DNA of 43,502 bases, taken from positions 1 to 43,502 of the forward strand of contig JBDONT010000032.1 in assembly GCA_039831155.1 (NCBI GenBank), written 5' to 3'. Positions 1-8,237 of the stretch are shown here, in pieces (position 1 is the stretch's first letter; the number at the start of each line of letters is the position of its first letter). The notes beneath the pieces are model-generated. The model did no database searches. It saw only the letters and a program-made list of their open reading frames with translations, and was not told the DNA's origin. A program made the position numbers and the translations under genes. The stretch comes from Nautiliaceae bacterium (lineage in GTDB: Bacteria; Campylobacterota; Campylobacteria; Campylobacterales; Nautiliaceae).

Positions 1-25
1 GGGACTATTAGAAATTCCGTGTCAG
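1..25 (+). repeat. IS256 left terminal inverted repeat
   Basis: Inner 13 nt (aattccgtgtcag) match the reverse complement of 1320-1332 exactly; the outer part is imperfect. Confidence 0.9.
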
Positions 26-58
26 TCTGGATAAAATACTAAAAATGAAAGGACTGAC

Positions 59-1305
59 ATGGAAAGATTTGATTTTGAAAAAGCGGTAAAAGAGTTATTA
101 GCAGGTAAGAAGATAGGAGGTAAAGACGGAGTATTGGCTCCATTAGTTAAAGAACTTGTAGAAGCCGCATTTGAAGCGGAGATTGAAGCTCATATTGCAA
201 ATGAAGTATTACAAGGTAAAAAAAACAGAAGAAACGGTTACAACAGAAAAACGGTTAAATCCTCAAGCGGTGAATTTGAATTTGCTACCCCAAGAGACAG
301 GGAAGGAAATTTTGTCCTCACTTCGTTGCGGGGTTGTCGCTACGCTCGGACGAACCTCAAATAATAAAAAAACATCAAACAACAATCAGTGACGAAATAG
401 AAGAAAAGATTTTATCCATGTATGCTCTTGGAATGAGCTACAGGGATATTAAGTTCCATATAGAGGAGATATATCAAATATCCATTTCAACGGCTACAAT
501 CAATGCAATAACGGATAAAATAATATCCAAAGTAAAAGAGTGGCAAATTAGACCCTTAGAGAGTATATATCCGTTTGTTTTTATGGATGCTATTCATTAT
601 AAAATCAAAGACAACGGCAGATATATAAGTAAAGCGGTATATACGATACTAGGGGTAAATTTACAAGGGAAAAAAGAGATATTGGGATTATATCTTAGTG
701 AAAGCGAAGGAGCGAATTTCTGGTTACAGGTTTTAAGTGATTTAAGCAACAGAGGGGTAAAAGATATACTTATTGCAAGTGTTGACGGTCTTAAAGGTTT
801 TCCCGAAGCAATAAACTCAATATATCCAAATACTGAAGTTCAATTATGTGTAATTCATCAAATTAGAAACTCTTTAAAATACGTAGCTTCCAAAAATAAA
901 AAAGAGTTTATGAAAGATTTAAAAAAGGTATATCAGGCTATATCAAAAGACCAAGCAGAAATCGAACTTGACAGACTTGAGGAAAAATGGGGAGACAAAT
1001 ATCCAATAGTTATTAAATCATGGAGAAACAGGTGGGATAATTTATCCAATTACTTTAAATATCCCGAACCCATAAGAAAAGTAATATATACCACCAATAT
1101 CATAGAATTCGTTCATAGACAATTTAGAAAACTCACTAAAACCAAAGGTGCTTTTCCAAATGAAAACAGTTTACTTAAATTGCTTTATATGGGAATCCAA
1201 AATGCTGAAAAAAAATGGACTATGCCGATTAGAAACTGGAACCTTACACTCTCTCAACTGGCAATTTTCTTTGAAGGAAGATTGGATGAAGCTTTAAATC
1301 TATGA
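59..1305 (+). pseudogene. IS256-family transposase split by a 38-nt insertion (possibly recoded by -1 frameshifting)
   Basis: AAGGA RBS at 49-53. ORF 59-364 carries RNGY and PRDR-G-F; ORF 334-1305 carries FMDAI, VDGLKG, CVIH and TTNIIE (DDE). Removing 314-351 gives a continuous 402-aa PRDREGNF-EPQII... protein. Confidence 0.9.
314..351. repeat. 38-nt GC-rich double-hairpin micro-insertion
   Basis: gtcctcacttcgttgcggggttgtcgctacgctcggac; 24/38 GC; GTCC...GGAC ends; interrupts the conserved F-E-P junction of the transposase. Confidence 0.85.
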
Positions 1306-1311
1306 TATAAT
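1303..1311 (+). promoter_or_regulatory. Outward-facing extended -10 (TGaTATAAT) inside the IS256 right end
   Basis: Perfect TGnTATAAT overlapping the transposase stop codon. Confidence 0.45.
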
Positions 1312-1319
1312 TTTCTTAG

Positions 1320-1344
1320 CTGACACGGAATTATGAACGGTCTC
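1320..1344 (-). repeat. IS256 right terminal inverted repeat
   Basis: Reverse complement gagaccgttcataattccgtgtcag aligns with 1-25. Confidence 0.9.
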
Positions 1345-1515
1345 TGCTATTTTTCTAAGTTCCATTTTTTCTTCATAAAGTTTAAATATCATATTTTTTT
1401 GTTCTTCTGTTAATCTTTTGTATTTTCTATACTTTTTTCCTTTATTTAACCCCACTTTCAATTGGCACCCTTTTTTAATAAAACAAGCTATTTTCATCCC
1501 CATTTAGTCAGTGCC
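1345..1515 (-). mobile_element. Remnant of a second IS (IS1/IS6/IS1595-like end plus HTH-coding 5' part) interrupted by IS256
   Basis: Minus strand starts GGCACTGACTAAATG (GGnnnTG-type IS end). ORF 1503-1345 encodes ...RLTEEQKNMIFKLYEEKMELRKIA, an HTH cut at the IS256 boundary. Confidence 0.5.
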
Positions 1516-1538
1516 TATAAAAAATTCCTTACCTATTA

Positions 1539-1547
1539 TGCTATAAT
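1539..1547 (+). promoter_or_regulatory. Extended -10 promoter (TGcTATAAT) for the 1578 gene
   Basis: TGnTATAAT about 30 nt upstream of the GTG start, with an AAGGA RBS between. Confidence 0.55.
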
Positions 1548-1577
1548 AATTTTAGTCTTAGTTTTTAAGGATTTTTA

Positions 1578-2339
1578 GTGAGTTACTTTTTTGTAGAACC
1601 TATAAATTGTGGCAAAATCCTATACTCCAAAAGCAATATCGACTCGGTTTATGAACTAGACACCCTTTGGACTAAACTCTTCAAAAAAAAGATTTATAAC
1701 TATTTTATTTGCACAAAAGGTGTAGCTCTTTTCATAAAAGAAAAAGAGAAAATTAAAGAAATTATTATTTCGTATGACGATAAAGAATTTTTAAAAAAAT
1801 TGCCGGATAACCCGTATGATTTTTATATGAAAGCACTTGAAAAGTTCCTCAAAAAAGCAAAAAAACGACTAGAAAAAAACGAAACGGTTTATTTATACTT
1901 TGAAGCCTATAAATTCGAATTATCCAAATCTAAATTTTTAGTGTATAAAAACAATGAAATAATAATTAAAAACTTTTTATATACCGTTACATACGGTGAA
2001 TTTAACGAAGTAATACTAAACCCCTACACAAATAAAAAAATCAAATTCTATGCTCCGAAAATCGTATATGAATTTTTTATAAATTATCTATATAAAATCG
2101 CCAAATTCAAAATAAATAAAAAAGACGTAACAACAAAAAGCAACTTTTTACTTTCATTATACGGGCTATTAAATTTAATTATTTTTTGGGTGTCCGTTTT
2201 TGGGCTTATGTTTTTATTTTGGTATATTGACGTTTTGATATTTAAAGAGTTCGAGCCGATTAGGGCTTTGATAGAAGGTATTGTAGCTATTACCCTTGGG
2301 GAGTTTATTTCGGATATGTTTAAATCCAAGATTTATTAA
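1578..2339 (+). CDS. Hypothetical membrane protein (soluble N-terminus, about two C-terminal TM helices)
   Basis: 253-aa ORF with RBS and promoter; hydrophobic C-terminus; no recognisable family. Confidence 0.7.
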   Translation: MSYFFVEPINCGKILYSKSNIDSVYELDTLWTKLFKKKIYNYFICTKGVALFIKEKEKIKEIIISYDDKEFLKKLPDNPYDFYMKALEKFLKKAKKRLEKNETVYLYFEAYKFELSKSKFLVYKNNEIIIKNFLYTVTYGEFNEVILNPYTNKKIKFYAPKIVYEFFINYLYKIAKFKINKKDVTTKSNFLLSLYGLLNLIIFWVSVFGLMFLFWYIDVLIFKEFEPIRALIEGIVAITLGEFISDMFKSKIY

Positions 2340-2369
2340 CGGGCGGGTTTTATTTGAAAGGTTTATAAA

Positions 2370-4373
2370 TTATTTAATAAAATTTTTTAATTCGAATTCT
2401 TTTGCAAATTTTACGGCTTCTTTTAAGGAAATACCTTTTGAAAATAAAAATCCTTGAACCAAATCGATATTAAGATTTTTTATTATTTCCAGTTGATTTT
2501 TATTTTCCACTCCTTCCGCTACTACTTCTATGTTTAGTTCTTTACATAAATTAACGGTGTTTTTGCATATTAAATACCCTTTTTCGTTTTCTATTTCGTT
2601 TATGATTGATTTGTCGAGTTTTAATTCGTCTATATCTTGTTTTATTAAAGTTTCTAAAGAAGAATATCCCACTCCGTAGTCGTCTATCGAGATTTTATAA
2701 CCCGCTTTTTTTATTTTGTTTATATTAGAAATTGCTTTTTTATCTATAAAGCTTCTTTCTATAATTTCGAATATTATATTTTCCCCTCTTAATATTTGTA
2801 AGATTTTATTAATTGCAGTATTATTTTTTAAAGTATCCGGATGAAGATTGATACTTATGATAGGAGATATTTCTTTTTTAAACTCTTTTAATTCTTTTTT
2901 AATTTGTTTGCATACCCAAATATCTATAATAGGGGCTAAACCGGCTTTTTCTATTATATCTAAGAAGAAAGGTCCTCTTATTTTTCCTTTATCGTTATAT
3001 CTTAAAAGGGCTTCGAATTTTTCTATTTTGTTTTGTTTTATATTTACTTTCGGTTGATAATAAATTAAGAGATTGTCTTTATTTAATTTATCGATTAGTT
3101 CGTTTACTTTGGCGTTTGCATCTATGATATCCAAATTGGCTTGAAAAGCTTTTATATCGGAGGAAGCTTTTATTTCGGTATCTATTTCAAGATTATGTTC
3201 TAATATGGCTTGGTGAGTATTAAGAGATTGATATTTAAAAAATCTTTTTAAGAAGTAATAATAAATAATCGTATCTATTATAAGAAGAGTCAATTGAATA
3301 AAGCTTGGAATTAAAGAATGAGTTTTAAGATAAGAATCTACAAAAACGGGAGTTGACCAAACTATATAGTAGTTTTCGAAATTAAGAGATAAGAAGTGAA
3401 CGGTTAATATATTCAAAGCTAAATAAGCTAATAATACGTTTAAAACCGGAGTCAATACGAAAGGAATAAACATAAATCTATTAAAAACGACGGATAAGAA
3501 TATTAAGATATTGTCTATATTAAAAATTGCGAACGGGGCTGAAATATAAGTTATTTTTTTAATAATTTGATCTTTTGTGCTCAATAAAAGAGCTAATAAT
3601 AAGGCGAGTCCTATTCCGGCACCTCCTATATTTACGAATATGGATTGAAACTCGCCATATGTTAAATTCGGCATTATCGTTTTAAATAAAATCTCTTTGC
3701 CGAATAAGGCGTTTACCATATGTTCTCCGTGCATACCGAAAAACCAAAAAATTTGAACCATTATGTTTCGAATTATTAATAAAAATATATCCGGCAGATG
3801 TAAATTAAACGGATTTAGTTTTGCAATAGTTATATCCATAATATAATCCACTACTATATAAAATGCGATTGAAGTTAAAAAGGCTACGAAAAATACTATC
3901 AGATAATTAAATAGTCTATAAGCATGAGTTTTACCGTCTTTTATTTTTAAGTTTAAAGAAAAAAACGGATATAAAATTTTTAAAAAATAAGTTGAGATTA
4001 TCGGTATCGTGATGGATTGAACGATAAAACCTATAGGAAAATTGGTAAAGTTATTGGGAGCGTATTCGTAAATAATTCCCGCTATATAAGTTGTTATAGC
4101 TAATAATATCGAGATTATTTCGGATACTTTTATTCTTTTAGCTAAAAAGTATGAAATGGAAATGACGGGTATTATAGACGATAATAGTTGCATAAGTACG
4201 GTAAAATGGTGAACGCTTTTAGGGGAAGCTAATAAGTCTATTTGGAAATAGTTAACGATATTGTCCGTTAATACCAGTAGTCCTATTAAAACGAAATAAG
4301 GAATTATCGCTATAAAAGCTTCTTGCATTGAAATAATAAACATTAATAATTTTTTATTTTTGAAAATATTCAA
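2370..4373 (-). CDS. PTS EIIC (cellobiose/chitobiose-type) membrane domain fused to an EAL c-di-GMP phosphodiesterase
   Basis: EIIC-like FWFFGMHG, IGGAG and IFNIDN motifs; EAL motifs YQPKV, EALLR, SINL, EIIE, DDYGVGYSS, KLDKS, AEGVE and QGFLFS. Likely TTG start at 4373 after AAAGGA; the 4493 start would overlap topA. Confidence 0.88.
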   Translation of the reverse strand: MNIFKNKKLLMFIISMQEAFIAIIPYFVLIGLLVLTDNIVNYFQIDLLASPKSVHHFTVLMQLLSSIIPVISISYFLAKRIKVSEIISILLAITTYIAGIIYEYAPNNFTNFPIGFIVQSITIPIISTYFLKILYPFFSLNLKIKDGKTHAYRLFNYLIVFFVAFLTSIAFYIVVDYIMDITIAKLNPFNLHLPDIFLLIIRNIMVQIFWFFGMHGEHMVNALFGKEILFKTIMPNLTYGEFQSIFVNIGGAGIGLALLLALLLSTKDQIIKKITYISAPFAIFNIDNILIFLSVVFNRFMFIPFVLTPVLNVLLAYLALNILTVHFLSLNFENYYIVWSTPVFVDSYLKTHSLIPSFIQLTLLIIDTIIYYYFLKRFFKYQSLNTHQAILEHNLEIDTEIKASSDIKAFQANLDIIDANAKVNELIDKLNKDNLLIYYQPKVNIKQNKIEKFEALLRYNDKGKIRGPFFLDIIEKAGLAPIIDIWVCKQIKKELKEFKKEISPIISINLHPDTLKNNTAINKILQILRGENIIFEIIERSFIDKKAISNINKIKKAGYKISIDDYGVGYSSLETLIKQDIDELKLDKSIINEIENEKGYLICKNTVNLCKELNIEVVAEGVENKNQLEIIKNLNIDLVQGFLFSKGISLKEAVKFAKEFELKNFIK

Positions 4374-4424
4374 CCTAATCCTTTTTTCTAAATTATATAA
4401 AAAATTTTTACATTTTGCTATCTT

Positions 4425-4433
4425 TGATATAAT
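4425..4433 (+). promoter_or_regulatory. Extended -10 promoter of the topA operon
   Basis: TGaTATAAT about 20 nt upstream of topA. Confidence 0.6.
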
Positions 4434-4453
4434 ACCGACAAAAAAAGGTTTAT

Positions 4454-6634
4454 GTGTTGGGAAAAAAATTAATAATAGTTGAGTCTCCGGCAAAGGCTAG
4501 GACAATTAAAAACTTTTTGGGTAATGAGTATGAAGTAATAGCTAGTAAAGGGCATATTAGAGATTTGCCAAAGAGCAGTTTCGGGATAAAAATAGAAGAT
4601 GATAAATTTATTCCTCAATATCGTGTAACAAGAGACCACCAGGCAACTGCAAAAGAATTGAAAGAAAAAGCAAAAAAAGCCGATGTGGTTTATATAGCGA
4701 CCGATGAAGATAGAGAAGGGGAGGCGATAGGCTTTCATATCGCTCACGTAATAGGAAAAGACCCTAAAGAACTTCCAAGAATCGTATTTCACGAAATTAC
4801 GAAATCTGCAATTAAAAAAGCTCTTGAAAATCCTAGGACTTTGGATATAGACAGAGTCAACGCCCAGCAAGCCAGACGTCTTCTTGATAGGATTGTGGGG
4901 TATAAACTCTCACCTCTTCTTAATAAAAAAATTCAAAAAGGCTTAAGTGCCGGTAGGGTTCAAAGTGCCGCACTTAAACTGGTAGTTGATAGAGAGAGGG
5001 AAATAAAAGAGTTTAAACCGAAAGAATATTGGACGATTGAGGGGATTTTTAAAAAAGTTGAAGGAAACTTAATTAAATATAACGGTAAAAAACTTGAGAA
5101 ATTTGATATTCCGAATAAAGAAGAGGCTTTTAAAATCGTAAATGAATTAAAGCCACTTGAATATGTAGTAAGTAAAATAGAAAAGAAAATTACCACTTCA
5201 AAATCCCCGGCTCCTTTTATGACTTCTACTCTTCAACAAGCGGCAAGCAGTGAGCTTGGATTTTCTCCAAGACGCACTATGCAAATAGCTCAAAAACTAT
5301 ACGAAGGTGTTAAAACTCCTGTTGGAGAGACGGGGATTATTACTTATATGAGAACGGATAGTTTAAATATCGCAAAAGAAGCAAGAGATGCCGCGATTGA
5401 GTTTATAAAAGAAAATATCGGAAGTGAATACGCAGAAGCTAAAACATACGATAAAAAAGCAAAAAACGCTCAAGAAGCACACGAAGCGATAAGACCGGTT
5501 GATGTGAGGTTAACTCCTAGTGATTTAAAAAATTATTTAACTAAAGACGAACTGAAACTTTATACGTTAATTTATAACAGATTTCTAGCTTCTCAAATGA
5601 AAGATGCAAAATTTGAAACTCAAAATATTTATCTCTCAAACAATAAGGGCGAGTTTAAAATAAGTGGGAAAAAGCTTATTTTTGACGGGTTTTATAAAGT
5701 GTATGGAAAAGTTAGTGCCGATACGATGCTGCCTGAATTTAGTGAGGGTGAGAAGTTAAAGCCAGAAGATGTAAAAGCCACTCAACACTTCACAAAACCA
5801 CCGGAGAGGTTTACAGAAGCCAGTCTTATTAAAAAACTTGAGGCACTGGGTATCGGAAGACCGTCGACTTACGCACCGACTATTACGTTGCTTCAAAACA
5901 GAAACTATGTAGAAATTAAAGATAAAAAACTTCATCCCACAGAAATTGCCTTTAACGTAATAGAAGTGCTTGAGAAGCATTTCCCGGATATTGTGGATGC
6001 TAATTTTACTGCAAATATGGAAGATATGCTTGATAATATAGCAAGTGGAAAAAAAGATTGGCAAGAGATGTTAAGGGAGTTTTACAATCCTTTTATGGAG
6101 CTTATTAAGAAGGGCGAAAAAGAGATACCGTCTCAAAAAATGGCAAAGCCTATTGATGAAACATGTCCTATGTGTGGGGCTCCTCTTGTGATTAGAAAAG
6201 GAAGGTACGGAGAGTTTATAGCGTGTAGTGCTTATCCTAAGTGCAAATATACGCGTCCTATTGAAAAAGAGGAGAAAAAAGTAGACGTAAAGTGCGAGAA
6301 ATGTGGAGCTGATATGGTGATAAAAAGAGGCAAGACGGGAGAGTTTTTAGCTTGTAGTAACTACCCGGAGTGTAAAAACACAAAACCCCTAAACGCTCCT
6401 GAAGTAATAGAAGATGTGAAGTGTCCGGAATGTGGAGGAAATATAATTAAAAGAAAAGGTCCAAGAGGGGAATTTTACGGATGTAGTAACTATCCGGAGT
6501 GTAAATTTATCTCAAAATATTGCCCTGTAAATAAAAAGTGTGATGAGTGTGGATATTTAATGGCAAAAAGAACATATAGAGGAAAAGAAGTTTATGAGTG
6601 TATCAAATGCAAAAAAAGAATTGAGGCTGAGTAA
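4454..6634 (+). CDS. topA: DNA topoisomerase I
   Basis: VESPAKA, ATDEDREGE, SAGRVQS and ITYMRTDS motifs; C-terminal zinc ribbons. Confidence 0.98.
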   Translation: MLGKKLIIVESPAKARTIKNFLGNEYEVIASKGHIRDLPKSSFGIKIEDDKFIPQYRVTRDHQATAKELKEKAKKADVVYIATDEDREGEAIGFHIAHVIGKDPKELPRIVFHEITKSAIKKALENPRTLDIDRVNAQQARRLLDRIVGYKLSPLLNKKIQKGLSAGRVQSAALKLVVDREREIKEFKPKEYWTIEGIFKKVEGNLIKYNGKKLEKFDIPNKEEAFKIVNELKPLEYVVSKIEKKITTSKSPAPFMTSTLQQAASSELGFSPRRTMQIAQKLYEGVKTPVGETGIITYMRTDSLNIAKEARDAAIEFIKENIGSEYAEAKTYDKKAKNAQEAHEAIRPVDVRLTPSDLKNYLTKDELKLYTLIYNRFLASQMKDAKFETQNIYLSNNKGEFKISGKKLIFDGFYKVYGKVSADTMLPEFSEGEKLKPEDVKATQHFTKPPERFTEASLIKKLEALGIGRPSTYAPTITLLQNRNYVEIKDKKLHPTEIAFNVIEVLEKHFPDIVDANFTANMEDMLDNIASGKKDWQEMLREFYNPFMELIKKGEKEIPSQKMAKPIDETCPMCGAPLVIRKGRYGEFIACSAYPKCKYTRPIEKEEKKVDVKCEKCGADMVIKRGKTGEFLACSNYPECKNTKPLNAPEVIEDVKCPECGGNIIKRKGPRGEFYGCSNYPECKFISKYCPVNKKCDECGYLMAKRTYRGKEVYECIKCKKRIEAE

Positions 6635-6860
6635 AGAGGAGCTTGAAACTATAAAGAAGATAAAAGATTTTTTTGATGGAGATGTTTACATTTTCGGAAG
6701 CAGAGTTAATATAAACAAAAGAGGAGGAGATATAGATTTATATTTTATTCCAAAGACTTCTATTTCTGTAAAAGAGAGGTTTTTAATTCCTGTTGATGTT
6801 GTTTTTGATAATGAAACTTTAAGAGATGAGGTTTTAAAAAATGGTTATAAAATTGATTGA
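6621..6860 (+). CDS. Minimal nucleotidyltransferase (MNT) domain protein, possibly internally deleted
   Basis: MRLSKEE N-terminus (TTG at 6621) and FGSR...GGDIDL motif; only 79 aa. Confidence 0.75.
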   Translation: MRLSKEELETIKKIKDFFDGDVYIFGSRVNINKRGGDIDLYFIPKTSISVKERFLIPVDVVFDNETLRDEVLKNGYKID

Positions 6861-6888
6861 GTTTAAATTGGATAAAAAAGGATTTTAG

Positions 6889-7416
6889 TTGAGAGTGGGA
6901 ATTATGTCCGATACGCATAAAAAAGTAGGAAGAGCGAAAAAGGCTATAGATTTGCTTGTTTCTAAAGGTGTTGAATTTATTTTACACGCCGGGGATATAG
7001 TGGAGGAAGAGATTTTAGAGTATTTGGAAAATTGCGGTGTTAGATATACGGCAGTTTTGGGAAATAACGATTTTCATCTTTATAAGGTAGTGGATAAGTA
7101 TAATTTAAACAGTGAACCTCACTATTTTAAACTAGCTTCAAGGACGTGGAAGCTTATGCATTATCCTAAATATATGTTTCCGCTTGATACAGATATCATA
7201 GTGTATGGACATACGCACGATGTGGATATTACTTTTAACGGAAGAAATCTTATTTTAAATTCGGGGGAAATTTGTGCGAGAGACCACGGATTTTCTACGT
7301 GTATGACGCTTGATATTGAAGAGGATAAATATGTGGTGACTCTTTATTACAGACAGATTAAAACAAGTGAGTGGAAAAGTAAAACGAAAGAATTCTTTTT
7401 TAAAGTGGAAAAATGA
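6889..7416 (+). CDS. YfcE-family metallophosphoesterase
   Basis: SDTH, HAGD, GNND and GHTH motifs. Confidence 0.9.
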   Translation: MRVGIMSDTHKKVGRAKKAIDLLVSKGVEFILHAGDIVEEEILEYLENCGVRYTAVLGNNDFHLYKVVDKYNLNSEPHYFKLASRTWKLMHYPKYMFPLDTDIIVYGHTHDVDITFNGRNLILNSGEICARDHGFSTCMTLDIEEDKYVVTLYYRQIKTSEWKSKTKEFFFKVEK

Positions 7417-8237
7417 TTTATTTATGTGCTATTAGCAATATTCGCTCCGGGGCTTGCAAAGAGGATTGTAAGTTTTGTACCCAAAGTGTAAGATGGGGGG
7501 CTGATATTACAAGATATAAAGAAAAGCCGATAGAAGTTATTGTAAATGAAGCGAAACTTGCCAAAAAAAATAGGGCTTCGGGGTTTTGTCTTGTGACAAG
7601 TGGGAAAAGTCTTGATGATAAAACTCTTGAGTATGTTTCTAAAGCAAGTAGGGCTGTTTTAAAAGAAGTTGATATCTCTTTGATTGCTTGTAGCGGGTTA
7701 GCTACCAAAGAGGCTTTAAGAGAATTAAAAAAAGCAGGAGTTAAGATTTATAATCATAACCTTGAAACAAGCAAAGAGTTTTATTCTAATATATGCTCAA
7801 CTCATAGTTGGGATGAGAGGTTTTTAACTTGTGAAAACGTTAAAGCGGTAGGTCTGTGGTTATGTAGCGGTGGAATTTTCGGAATGGGAGAGAGTGAAAA
7901 AGATAGAATTGCCCTTTTAAACTCTCTTAAAGAATTAAATCCACAAGGAATTCCTATTAATTTTTTTGTAGAAAATAAAAAATTACCTTTAAAAGCTACG
8001 CATAATAAGGAAATGGCTTTAAAAATAATCAAAATGTTTAGAAAGAATTTTGAAAAAAGTATTATAATGCTTGCCGGCGGAAGGGAAGCGGTTTTTAAAA
8101 ATAGTTGGCTTGAGGGAATAGAAGCTGGGGCTAATTCGATAGTAATAGGTGATTATTTAACGATAAAAGGTGAAGAACCGAGTAAAGATTTGGAACTTTT
8201 AGTAAAAAAGGGGTATGAGATAGCCGATGAATGTTGA
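7413..8237 (+). CDS. bioB: Biotin synthase
   Basis: CKEDCKFC radical-SAM motif, YNHNLET, CSGGIFGMGE, AGGRE and GDYLT. Confidence 0.95.
   Translation: MIYLCAISNIRSGACKEDCKFCTQSVRWGADITRYKEKPIEVIVNEAKLAKKNRASGFCLVTSGKSLDDKTLEYVSKASRAVLKEVDISLIACSGLATKEALRELKKAGVKIYNHNLETSKEFYSNICSTHSWDERFLTCENVKAVGLWLCSGGIFGMGESEKDRIALLNSLKELNPQGIPINFFVENKKLPLKATHNKEMALKIIKMFRKNFEKSIIMLAGGREAVFKNSWLEGIEAGANSIVIGDYLTIKGEEPSKDLELLVKKGYEIADEC

Larger units (their letters stand above)
1..1344 (+). mobile_element. IS256-family insertion sequence
   Basis: 25-bp imperfect terminal inverted repeats (1-25 gggactattagaaattccgtgtcag; 1320-1344 ctgacacggaattatgaacggtctc) enclose a Mutator/IS256 transposase. The left target duplication would lie outside the window. 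Confidence 0.93.

Noticed and set aside
302-354. T4 gene 60-like 50-nt translational bypass between GAA 302-304 and GAA 352-354
   Set aside because: No stop codon follows the take-off codon, and the product would lose the conserved G-N-F residues.
171-392. 73-aa ORF in the third frame of the transposase
   Set aside because: Shadow ORF with no RBS or recognisable motif.
4374-4493. N-terminal 40 aa of the 707-aa EIIC-EAL ORF
   Set aside because: Overlaps the topA start and promoter; an RBS-supported TTG exists at 4373.
6353-6505. Near-identical 24-nt repeats (tgtagtaactacccggagtgtaaa / tgtagtaactatccggagtgtaaa)
   Set aside because: They encode duplicated TopA zinc ribbons (CSNYPECK); not a CRISPR array or mobile repeat.
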